A DNA stretch of 64,000 bases from Raillietiella orientalis. Its lineage: Eukaryota. The position numbers and the translations under genes are program-made. How positions within the stretch are numbered: position 1 is the first letter of the stretch; each line of letters starts with the position of its first letter. Where the stretch lies: contig JAYWIR010000020.1 of NCBI GenBank assembly GCA_036172245.1, positions 3,348,001 through 3,412,000 of the forward strand, in the 5' to 3' direction. Of the stretch, positions 50,791 through 62,300 are shown piece by piece. The notes beneath the pieces are model-generated. The model saw only the letters and a program-made list of their open reading frames with translations. It ran no database searches and was not told where the DNA came from.

Positions 50791-51480
50791 TCTCCTTCTT
50801 CTGCAAGAATTATTAAACCGTTGGCGAAAAAGCACAAAGGAATTATGAAACGCGCCACTCGCACTTTAAATCAATGTGCCGAAACGCACTTGTTGAGGGC
50901 GAGGATCAAGCCATTTTGTTTCCTGCACTTTATTAATTGAACCGATTCAGCTGCGTACAGGCGAGCGAGTATCATCCTCCCTCTCCCCCTCTCCCCCTCC
51001 CCCTCCCCCTCCAGAAGTTATACGGTGTGGTAGCGGGCGGTTTTTGTTAGTATCCGTCTTGTCGGTCTGAAAGGTGGAGGTCGGCGTAAGGCTGTCGCCG
51101 CCGCAGTGATCGCGCGATTGCTTTTGTGTGTGCGCCCCTGGTTTGTCTTTTTTTTTTTTTTTTTTCTCCTTCTTTCTTTTTTTTTCCCCCCCCCCTCCTT
51201 TTTTTTTTTTTTTGTTTTCTTTTTCCCCTGCAGTTGGTGGTGGTGGCACTGCTGCCGCATCACCGGCAGGACCGTTGGTCAGTGGCGAGCGGAGCAGCAG
51301 CAGCAGTTTGGTCCGCTGCGAAGTGCCGCCGATCTTTTTCGGTGCGGAACTCTCGCGGCCAGGCATCCCTTGCAAGCCGCCTCCGGCTTGACCAGCTCGC
51401 AACCCGTTTCTTCCCCCTTTTTTTTTTTTTTTTTTTTTTTGTGTTTGGCTTGGTTTTTGCTACCGGTGCGGCCCTACAGA

Positions 51481-51601
51481 ATGTCCAGCGACTTGGACGA
51501 TCTGATCGTTTTGGATCTGCACAAGACGGAAATGGGGATGAACCTGGATTCGGAGGAATGGCTGCCCAATTCCTTCGACGACTGCCTGATCGAATGTGAT
51601 G
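51481..51601 (+). CDS. SERTAD4-like: SERTA-domain gene, first coding exon (MSSDLDDLIVLDLHKTEMGMNLDSEEWLPNSFDDCLIECD + 1 nt)
   Basis: ATG at 51481 follows a poly-T tract and a CAG acceptor (AG 51478-51479). Forty codons plus G are followed by the canonical donor GTGAGT at 51602. The phase-1 end matches the acceptor at 57144 (G+TA = Val) and keeps the SERTA frame. Confidence 0.75.
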
Positions 51602-54294
51602 GTGAGTCCCGCCTCTCTTTCTCACAACCCCGGGGGGGACCCCCCGTTCCTCCGCTCGCTGGAAGGAGCCTTTCTTCCCCAGCGTGCGCACGGTGAGGGA
51701 AGTTCCGCGCGCTTTCGAATTCGCCCTCGAATTCACTCCGTGCCCTTTTCGAAATCAAACGCCGACGGCGAGGAAGTGGGGGAAGGGGGGGGGGGAGGAG
51801 GACCTTGCTGTCCTTTGGATCCGGCGCCGTGTCACACGATTTTTTATTTTTTCCTCCTTCGGCGTGCCCGTTGTGTGCCCGCCCAGTGAAAGTAGCTAGC
51901 TGGTGTCGGGGAGCAGTACGGAACGCTTTTCTCCCTAAGGGACGGCGGGGAAAAAAAAAAAAAAAAATCGTGACTCTCCACCCTTATTCGCAGCTTTCCC
52001 TCCTCCCTTCGGTGCATGCAATCCAACCGCGCGCGCGCAAGTATGTGGGCTGCTCCTTGGACGGTCCTTCTCCTCCTCCTCCTCCCGGGCTGGACCAAGG
52101 GGGAAGCCGTGCGCGCCGGACGGCCGATGGGGGGGGGGGAGGGAGGGAGGGATCCATCCTGCTTTCGAACGTATTCGGGAAGGGACACCCGAAATCGAGT
52201 GCCGTGCGCACTTTTTTCGTGCACGGAACGCCCGGGGAGATGCATGAATCGCCTGCTGACTGATGACGCCGTGTGCCGATTACGTCATCGGCTTTCGATT
52301 GAGCCGGGCAAACATCTCGGAGGGTAGGCCTTCTCGCCCGGAGCGCGGTGGTAGTCTGGACCGATGATGGCACCACTTGTTGGGCACTCCTTTCACTCTT
52401 GGTGCCGATTTTGCAAAAATGGTACCCCGATACGGTAATCGCTCCCAGAACATCATCTTCCTCCCTCCTCCACGGCCTTAAAACCGAGTTTCGAGTGACA
52501 GATGTTACTGAGGGGAGCCCTTTGCGCGTTCCGATATCGTCTTCGAGATCGCAAAGGACTGCTGCAGCTTCCATTATTCATAGTTTGCGTTTCTTTAATG
52601 CGTGTTGAACTTCCCACTGCGTTGGCTAGATGAATGTACTTGGGAAAATTTTCTGTTTTTTTTTGCTCTCCCCGCGTTCGTCGTCGTGAATGGAGTCGCG
52701 TTTGTCTCCTTCAGGCGCTGTTAAAAGGATAAAACCAATGAGCTGTTTCAGCGTTTATTTAGATGCAAATGTGTTGATATTTCGCGGTGTGCAGCATCCT
52801 TCCGAGGCCTCCCTGTCCCTCTCGAAGATAACGTAGCCACGGTCTGCAGGAGCGCCGTTTTGCTAATTTTATCGGTGGTGATAGGCATGTCGGATCTCTC
52901 TCTCCCTTTTTTTTTTTTTTCCTTCCTCTTCCCCCCTCCTGCCCCCCTTTCACGTGCAGGAAAACTACCGTCTTAGCCATGGGTTTCATTTGCATACGTA
53001 CGCGGCGCGGTGGGAACTGTGTCTCTGCCGCCGACCACGTCCTCCGAGTCGGCCTGTCGCAGGGATGCCAGTCGCGCACCGTTTCTCGCGCGCTCGGAAC
53101 GCGTGCTCGCGCAGCAGCCACCAAACTGCGCGCCTGCCGACCTATCTCACGTAGCAAGTTGTCGAGGTGCACGCACACGCGGGGGGGGGGGGGGGAAAGA
53201 ATTGCCGTACACGTCCGCGCTTGCGCACCACCACCACCACCACCACCACCTTTTCCTTTCGGAGGTTGCCGTTCGATCGGTGGCGGCGGCGGCGGCGGAA
53301 CCTCGGGGGTCGGACGGACACGGACACACACACGTGTGCGTGCACGAACACCACACGTGCCTGCCCAATCGGGTCGCAGCCAGACCCGCTCCCCATCGGC
53401 CCCAGCGCAAAGCGACTTTCGCAGAGGACGGAAATGTGTGCTCCCAACACTTACGGTTTCTCCGCCTGACCGATTATCTGACTTTGCATCTTTTATGACC
53501 GAATTACTGCGAAGCATCGGCCACCATCAAATATTTACACGTTAACGCCGTTTGATCGCTGCTGCAAACATTGCTTTTATTCATTAGGTGAAGTTTTCGG
53601 GAAGAAAAAAAAAAAAAATCACCACCAGGACTGTCCAGGATGGGGGAGGAGGTGTTGTCCGTGCGCAGCTTCCTTCTGCCTCCCCTACTGCCTCGTGCCG
53701 GCAGACGATTTCCGGGTGGATTTTTGCTTTTTCCTTTTTTCCTTGTTTGTTTGTTTTCCATTTTGTTCTTTTGCGAGTCGATTCACACGTGCTCTGATTT
53801 GCATTCGTTTTTCAATACGTCATTCGTGGAAGACGTACGATCGTGTTTGTCAGTGCAGTCGTGTTTTCCCGATTCAAACCCATCATTTCTCACTCCCTTT
53901 TTGTTTTTTTCCTTTTTTTTTCTTTTCCGCAACAGAGAAAAAAAGAATCCAGGTTCCCTCGAGTTTGTTGCCGAGTGCAAGAAGTCGCACAGAAACACAA
54001 GTTCGAACACCACCGACAGCTCGCGGCGAGAGGGTGATAAACGTCGGATCGACGATCCCAAACACTCGGACGTCTGTTGGTTCGGGAGGGGGCGTGAAGC
54101 AGATGCTGAAAACACGAGCGAGATTTTTTTTATTGAGCGGAAATCTGCTGGGCCTCTCCCCCCCCCCCCCCCAGCGGTCTCGGGGAACGCCGTGCTCGTG
54201 GCCTGGCTCGGCGGGGTGGACGACGACACCACTGTGGATGAGGGGCCTTCTTGCATCGAGCTGGCGGCGCCACTCCTTCCTCCCTCCATTCCTT

Positions 54295-54341
<47 letters not shown>

Positions 54342-57144
54342 GTTTAACATTTCATCCCGACGTGTTTGCAATGCATTCGTGTCTGCAGCAGTGGTGGAGT
54401 AGCAGCAGCAGCAGCAGCAGCATCTCTGCCTAATGCAAGTGGAAAAACAAACAAAGAAATATTCTTATCGGCATATCCCGGCATGGTGAAACGCTAGGTG
54501 GCATTTCCCCTCCATTCCAAAATTGCTTTCGATTTTGGAGAGAGAGAGGGAGGGAGGGAGGGAGAGGGGGGGGGGAGGGGGGCTGTTGAATGCAGCGTCC
54601 TCGTTAGTGTTTCTTTTTCGTTTCTTTCTTTTCCTCTCTCTCCTTTTCCTTTTTTGCAGGATTCGCCCTTCTATCGACTTTTTCGTGCTTTTTTTTTTTG
54701 TTTCATCTTTCTCCAGAGTTCACGTAGGCGAGCATATTAAAAGGAACATTTTCTGTTTACTCTCCTTGATCTGCAGGATAATTTCATTTCTCTCCAACCT
54801 CTGGCAGTTGCATGTTTATCGAAGTGGGGCTCCTTGCATCTCTCCGTAATTGTGCGAGATCAATAGCTGCGTACGGGATGCGATTTCATCATCGTCATGT
54901 GCGATTCCGTCCGTCATGCCGCGTCAGGATTGCAGTCGGATGCTCGACGGATGGAACGCGTGCCGCCGCGCGTCCTCTTTAACCGCAGCCTCTTTCGCCC
55001 GCACTTTGAGCGTCCGCAGATGACAACGGAAGAGAGGAGGAGGCCCGAGCAGAACCAGATCGATCTCGCATCCGCAAAGTCGTCCCCCCGTCGGCTGCGT
55101 TACTTTCGATCCTCAGGAACGGATATTTAAAATTCCACTTCCTGGAGATCACGCAGATCCATACGTCCGCAGCCATAAAACCGAATTAATGTCCAGATTG
55201 GGGGTAGCTGTACCTCTTAACAAGCTCACTGCTGGTCTTTTATCTTCCCAAGGAATAATCGATGTTTTACTGCATCCCATGCTTTCTCGTTCACTTTGCG
55301 GATTCCTGCCAATTCCGCCGGGTAGGTGAAGTGGCGTTCCGAATCATGTAACTGAGTATCTGAAGTGGCCGTCTCCCAGATGCTCGGCTCCGGCGCTGCC
55401 CATAGCAACGTGGAGCTGCCGCCGCTTCGCTCCTCGCACGCGGAAACACCAGAATTTCCATTTCCTGAAACGCGTTGCGAGCCAATTACATGCACACAGC
55501 CTCCGTCGAAGTTGTGTCCGCAAAGTGTTCCGCGTGTGAAGGAGAAGAAGAAGAAGAATTCTTCTTCTTCTTCTTCTTCCTCCCTCCTGGCAAGGGAATC
55601 GCTCGGCGCGTGTTCACTTCCGCCAAGGACAGCTGTTGTACGTGATTTACTGTCATTCTTCTCCTTCTGAAATGAAAATGTGAGCCGTGCGTCGTGTGTG
55701 TGTAGCCGATACTTTTGATATTTTTCGAGGCACCAGATGTGACAGGTGACTGCGTCGCGGAGCAACGGAACGCGATGACGGGGCATCCGAACTTTTCCTT
55801 TCTCCGGATGCGTTCCATAATTGGGAAATTCGACAGACAACTCCCATTCTCCGGCGAGGAGGTGCAGGGAGTCCCTTTGGCTGCTCGTTGAACTTTCCAT
55901 CGGAATGCGCCATGGAAAATTTTGTTCACGAAACTCACGTTGCTGCCGCCGCTGCTTTCTGTCATTTGCGGAGTTGTTGCACCTCCGATCCTGCGAAAGG
56001 GAAAAGCATGCTTTTCCCTTTTTGGATGTGCGCTTCCGGGCTTGGGGTACGCAGTGCTCCTTTCCTCGCCGGAGGTGCCCGCCGTAGGGGAGGGAGGGGG
56101 GGGGGGGTTCCCTCGTGGGGCGGAGAGCGCCGTTTCGTTGTTTTTCGTAAAGCCCCCGCTTCCTTTCTGTTTTTCTTCCTGAAGCCACTTTGTTTGTGGG
56201 CAGAGTGACGAGTTCCCGAGCACGGGAAGAAGAAGAAAAAAAAAACGAATTCCCTCTTGCTCTGGGCGCTGTCGATGAGACGCGCGCGCTCTTTTTTCGG
56301 ACGGGCCGCGTTCCGTCCCTTCACGATGGCGCCCGGGCCGGTGGGAGACGCCGGGTGTGCGGAGGGGTTTCGCAGGAGCAAGTGCCCACCCCCGGATCCT
56401 TTCGCAGGTAGGTAGGTTGTCGGTAGGTGCCCGCGCGGCCCTTGCGAAGCCGCTCCTGAATCCGCCGCCCGGTTCCCGTCCCGTGGAACTTTCGATTTCC
56501 TTCTTTTCCCGGTGGAGAGTAATCCAGCTACCGTTTCAAAGGGACTCGTGGTCGCGGGGCATCTTTCAGGAGGTATCAATAAGTAATCAGATTGCTTAAG
56601 ATCTTGTTGTCGCCGAAAATCCCCATTTCGCTCCGAGGGCGCGAGCGAGGCGAACCGGTACTTATCAGTTACTCCATCTTGTGCACGTGACACCCAACGA
56701 TAACTAGGTTTCATGATCAGCGGCAGCATCTGTGCAAGACTCGGTCTGTTCGCGATTCGGAGATCAAGTTCAGAGGAGAATACATCCATTAGACGAGAGA
56801 TTCTTGAAAGCAGGCACGAGGAGGAGGGAGGGGGAGGGAGGAGAAGGACGTCTTTATCGCACTGGTCCCGATACCCTGGCGGAGGGAATCGGTGGTTACG
56901 GCTCGGGACACGCAGCCCGTCGTGGCCGTCTCGTTCTGTTCCTCCGTTTCTCGGGCGCATCATCATCGCGGGCGATCGTCGGGAAGCGCGAGCGAGTTCT
57001 GCTCCCGGAAGGGAAAGGCGGGAGGAGGGCCGCTCTTTCGTGCCGAGTGCTCGAATCCCCCTCATCCGCTCTCTCTCCCTTCCCTCCTTTCCCGAGATTG
57101 CCATCGCCTATCGTTAATATTCATTTGCAATCTTTGTTTTCCAG
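51602..57144 (+). other. GT-AG intron (5543 nt, phase 1) of the SERTA gene
   Basis: GTGAGT donor and pyrimidine tract + CAG acceptor give an in-frame join. Additional internal exons cannot be excluded. Confidence 0.7.
54297..54339. repeat. Poly-T run (about 43 nt)
   Basis: Directly visible, one of many homopolymer runs. Confidence 0.9.
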
Positions 57145-57854
57145 TAAACTCGGAAACGAGGCCCAACGATGCTTCTAACCTCTCATCAGAGAAGACGTGT
57201 GGCATGTACCCCTTCCGGCGGCCTTCGATGACCTGGAACACCAGATACCATCAAAAGGAAGAGAAGAAGAAGGTGCTGAGGATATCCCAGAACAAGCTCC
57301 GTTCCATCGACGATCCGGAGCTGTTCCTTCGCCGTGCGGTGCTCATCAACAACACGTTTCGGAGGCTGCAGCAAGAATTCCGAGAGGAGAAATCCCCCCA
57401 GAAGAGTAAAAGCAACTGGAGGAAGCTGGCGAGTCACCGAGCCCTGAGGTTCGCGGCGGAGTACGAAAGCGGTTTCGAGGACAAGGAGAACGGCAGTCCG
57501 GAGAAGAGCCGACTGAGTGGCAGCCACGACGGTTCCAGAACTTTGAGCAATGTCGGCGTTCCTCCGGTTTTAGAAATCGTGCAGCCGATAGACGTGAACG
57601 ACGATGAGGCTTCTGCGGCCAAGAGAGCCAAGCTGGAAGACGGTGATAGTTTGACTGTGAACGGTCCCGACAGTGGCTGCGATAAAAGCACATTGGCCAA
57701 GGTCATTGACCAGGTGTTCCTACCTTACAGACCCGCTTCCGCACCGGGGAACTACCTGGCCGATAGCAAGTTCTGTAACTGCTGTCACGCAGTCTCCGGT
57801 GTCGGACTGCATTCGGTGGTGCTCCACAGCCTTATCGTTTCCCTGGAATCCTGA
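57145..57854 (+). CDS. SERTAD4-like: SERTA-domain transcriptional co-regulator, terminal coding exon (spliced protein 276 aa)
   Basis: Acceptor tctttgttttccag ends at 57144. The exon encodes EEKKKVLRISQNKLRSIDDPELFLRRAVLINNTFRRLQQEF, a SERTA domain whose IDDPE motif is of the SERTAD4/CG2865 type. C-terminus is HSVVLHSLIVSLES, with TGA at 57852-57854. Orthology not tested. Confidence 0.9.
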
Positions 57855-58725
57855 TGCGACGGTTCCCGCATCCAAGCGAGATTTCACGAAAGCCGCCACG
57901 CCACGCCACTCCCATTTTTTCGGAAACGGTCTGCCGGGGTCGCGCTGGACCCCCCTTCCCTTCGATCGTCGAGAATTTTCGCCAGCCCCTTGCAGAGCGG
58001 CGCCCGGCAGGAATCCCGCCGCCTGGCCGACCGTGTTCCCAGCGAACCCCCTTTTCTTTGTTCTGGTTCTGCCGGAGAGGCGGGCGGCTGGCTGCTGCGG
58101 AAACCGGCGAAGGAACCCGCCAAGTGGGCAAGCCGAAGCCACCTCCTTCCCTCCCCCCCCCCTCCCGTGGAAGCCGAGATCATTGTGTGTGGCGAGTCCC
58201 GCAGCCTTTTTTCTTCTTTCATCACGTCTGCGGAAGCAGGAAAGCCTGCAACAAAAAGAGTGCAATGAACCAACAACACGAGGCTCGGAATGGATTCCGG
58301 AAACACGCGGCAGCTGCGCTCCGGCCCGTTCGCGGCTTTGCCGCGCAGGAGCGGATCGTTCCGACGGAGGAGAGAGAGGGAGAGAGAGCGGAGAAGGACA
58401 AGCGGCGGGCGGAGCGCACGTGCGCGCGCCTTCGGGAACGTGGGAGTCACCGCCGAGTGAGCAGATCGGATTGTTGTTGATGATGATGATGATGATGGCG
58501 GTTCCCTTGGGCGAGAAGAAGAAGTCTCCATTCCACGAGCCTCGTCCACACCCGGTGATGAGAGGAGGGGCGTCTTCGGATCGCTCGCGTGGTTCGCGAG
58601 GACGAGCCCCCGGATGAGTCGGCACGCCGGGTGGAGGAGATGCGATGATCGCACGTGAGATAAGTGACCAGGAAATGCTCACTCGTTAACCTGTTGATAT
58701 GTTATGACATGTGATACTTTTTGAG

Positions 58726-58731
58726 AATAAA
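58726..58731 (+). terminator. Probable polyadenylation signal of the SERTA gene
   Basis: AATAAA in a short AT-rich island about 870 nt after the stop, followed by G/T-rich sequence (ggggttccgttttttt). Confidence 0.55.
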
Positions 58732-59299
58732 TTCAGATTTGGAATGGGGTTCCGTTTTTTTTGCCCCGCGGGCTGGGCGCGGGCCCGGGCAGTCTCTCCC
58801 CCCCTCTCTTCCCCGCCCGGGAAACGCGCGGCCGTGGGTGCGGGGTCACGCTCTCCGTGCCGGGCAGGGGAAGGGGGTTTACCGCGGGCGGATCGCCCTG
58901 GTCCCACCCTACTCTCCCTTCTTCCCCGAACGGTTTCCGGCGTGCGCCGCGACGTCGCGGGCATCCGACGCGCGCCCTGTGCTCCGGCCATGCGGTGAAG
59001 TGCAGCGTCGGTCGGCCGAGCGTCCCCCCCTCCTTCCTACGCGCGCGCTTCGATTTATTTTTGCGTAATACTTTTACGGTCAATAGCACCACAACCACCA
59101 CTAGCAGCAGACCTTCCCCGTTGCACGGACCTTAGTTATTGGTGTTTTCTCTCACTCTGTTGCCGGCGTTCCTCCTCCCCCCCCTCCTGCCATATTCGCC
59201 GCCGATACGTGGAACCGTTCGCCCGTGGGCAGCGCGACGTGCGCGCGGGGATGCTCCACCGGGTAACGTTGTAGCGGTGCCCCCGCGTGCCTGGACCGG

Positions 59300-62200
59300 A
59301 CTGCTTCTGTCCCCCCCCCTCCCCCCCCTCAATCTCGGGGGATGCCTCTGCGGCCGTCCGCGCACGTCCCCTGCGTGACCGCCGCGGAAGACAAAGCAGC
59401 CGGCGGCGCGCGCGCGCAGCCCGCTCCGGATTGTCGTCCTTCCTCCCCTCCCCCTCCCCCGAAACCGCGGTTTCGAAACGCGTAAATTTCGCGGGCGCCA
59501 GGACTTTCTCTTTGCCGCCACTCCGCGGGACCTCGTTGGTAAAAGTCTTCGTGCCCGATCCCTGGGGATGCGGTGGCGCGACCGCATCCCGCGCGGAAAG
59601 TGGAATTTCCGGAGCCGACACAGTCCAGCGCTAGAGGCGTCGGAGGGCCAGTCCCCACCGTCGCAGTCCCTGGGGCGGTCGACGGCGACCTTTGCGCACT
59701 CCGGCGCTCCGCTGAGTGTCTCCCGGTTCCGGCCCTCGTCTGCCATCGCGCGCGCAGGATGGTCTTCCCGCCCCCTTGGTGGACCCCCGATCGCGCCGCA
59801 GCCGGAGCGGTGGGTCGCTTCGGTCGCTTTTGCCCTCACGAACACTCCCTCCGCCCTTGAGGGCTGCTCTCCGCTGTCTCTGCTGCCCGGAGGAGCAGCC
59901 GGGCACGCCCCGCCTGTCACAGATCGACGTTGGAGGCAGGAGGAGCACCGCTGGCGCGCTTCGGCTCCTGCGCGCACTCCCCTCCGTCGCAGCATCTCCT
60001 GGCGGAGCCAGGCGCGGAGAGAAGGCCGCCGTCTCGGCGTGCGAGCGAGCGCAGCGCTGAGCTGCGGCGAGGCAGGGAAGCGCGCCCCTGCCCCGGAGGA
60101 GCGCCTGACCGCAATGCCTGCGGTCGCATCGGCGCCGTCCGCCCCTCCTCCGCGCTTTCCTTCTCGCCGGGCGGAGAGTCCCCAGGGGAGAGCCAGGAGG
60201 GACATCTCGCCATCTTGCCGTGTTCCTCGGCCAGGCTCCCTCCTCCGGGTCGTGCCGGCGGAGTCCCGGAGATCCGCGGGTCCCCCGTCGCAGCATCCGG
60301 GAATGCCAAGGCGGAGTGTCTCGCCGCCAAGGCGAAAAGGAGAGCGTCAGCCCTGCACCGCCTCCCGCCGCTGCGGGCCTCCGGTGGAGGTCGTCCCAGG
60401 CGGGGCGCTCGAGGACAACCTCTGCTTCCTACAGGCGCATCCTCATGTTGAAACCCTTCCGAAGCGTTCCCAGGCGCGTACCGAGGGTAGCCCCAGCAGG
60501 GAACCTCTGCGGCCCGCTTGTGAGACGCTGCGTTCTTCGGATCCCCTGCAAGAGGTCCACTCGACCGAGGTCACGCCTACCCGGGCTGTCCACTCTCGGA
60601 GCGGAAAGTTCGTCCGGCCGTCGGCGACTACGCGCGGCCCAGGGTCCGTTGCGGCGGGCTTTGGGACGGAGGTCTTGCTTCGCTCCGCTCCTTCCCCCCT
60701 GCGAACGGGGCGTCCTGTAGATGCGGCGTCGGAGTTCCGGTGGCCATGACGACGGTTGTCATGAACCTCCCAGGCGTCCGGGAGGAAGGGGGACGCGAGG
60801 CTGGCGTGACCCGAGGAGGTCTTGGCTCCCCGTCTGCCATGCCGAGCGATGGACCTGGGAGAGCGATGCTGCCCTCCCCTCAGACGCGGCAGCTGCCTGA
60901 AGCAGCGGAAACCTCCGCAAGGGAGGTGGACGAGAGGAACCCTGCGGCGCGACGGCAGCGGACCGAGAGGAAAGGGCACTCCGACGGTCACTCCCTTCCC
61001 GCCCTCCTTTTGCGCGCCTCTGCGAGGGCGCGGACCTGGGTGGAAGATTTTCCTGTCCTTGGGGCCTCTTCAAGCGGAACGAAAGCGGGGGTGGGGGTGT
61101 TCTGCGTCGCCCTCTCGGGAGAGGGTCAGTCTCGACACGTCGGCTGCTCGCTGGCGCAGGTGGCCCGGTTGCGCGTTGCCCTTTCCGTGGGTCGCTGTGG
61201 GACAAGGAGATGCTCACTGAGTGTGGCGAGCGAGGCTCCATCGGTGGCAAGCAACGGCGCTTCGCTCTGCCAAAGCGGCCCTCCTCGCGACATGCCTCCT
61301 CCGGCAGCGCGTGGGCCGGGGTCTTCCCTGCCGACCGGTTAGCCCCAGCAGGACTTCCCCTCATTCACTCACTCACGCGCGCTCGCCCTGTTTTACCGGC
61401 GAGAGTGCGGAAGACGGCAGCGCGGCGCCGCTGCTACAGGCAGAGAGCTCGACGGACGTTTCGGTCTCCGAGGGGTAGGGGAGGTTCCGGCGGCGGATGT
61501 GTGGAAGCTGCGGGAGGATCCTTCCCCTCTCCCCTCCCCTCTCCTGTAGTGGAGTGCATCCTTCACCCCCACCCCCTTGCTGCGAAGCGCGCGCAGACCC
61601 GGGTGGCACGGGGGCCGTGCGCGTGGCCGAGGAGCCCGGCGGCCGCTCCCGGGGAGGCGTCGGAAGAGGCGGGCGGCTCCAGGAGGTCGGCCGATCGCGA
61701 AACGCATGCGCGTGCATTGCATCCTCCGATCCCGCTTGCTGCGCTACGTTGCCTGAAGGGAGTTCTCCGCAGCCGTTCACCGGCGCCGGCGACACCTGGC
61801 TGCTTCCACCGCCATCCTGCTCAGGAGCACCGGAAGGAGCGGTCACTTGCGCTCCAGAGGGGGAGAGAGAGAGAGAGGGGGCGGAACGGGCGTCTCCCGC
61901 CGGGAGGAGCGGAAGGGAAGAAGCGGGTGCTTCCTAGAGATGGCGCTGGAGGGACAGGCAGAGGGGTGGGTCGGAAGCAGGGGCGGAGACCTCTCCCGCT
62001 GCCGGCTGCGTGGCAGCTGCTGCCGTCCACGTCTCGCTCTCCAGCGACGGTTCTCGCGACGCCGCATCTCGGCTTCGTTGTCCTCGGGTCTGCTCAAGCG
62101 AGCGTCCAGACGATTGTGCGCCCGGTCGCGGGATGGCGCCGCTGGCTCCCCTCCAGAACGCGCGCAGCTGCCATTTGCGCGCGAGAAGGGGGGGGAGCCA

Positions 62201-62300
62201 GGAGTCGCGCGGCCGTCGCCCGAGGGTGGCGTGGAGGAGCAGCAGAATCGTCCGCCCTTCCCCCTTTCCCTCCACGACGACGGAGGCGCCAAGTGATCCG
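59300..62300 (+). mobile_element. Cluster of ORF1-like remnants
   Basis: Knuckle-like QEGHLA..C at about 60190-60220. Further weak motifs at about 61000-61370 (VEDFPVL, APAGLPLIH). Confidence 0.35.

Noticed and set aside
56892..57144. N-terminal part of the 320-aa ORF
   Set aside because: Upstream of a strong acceptor, so better explained as intron.
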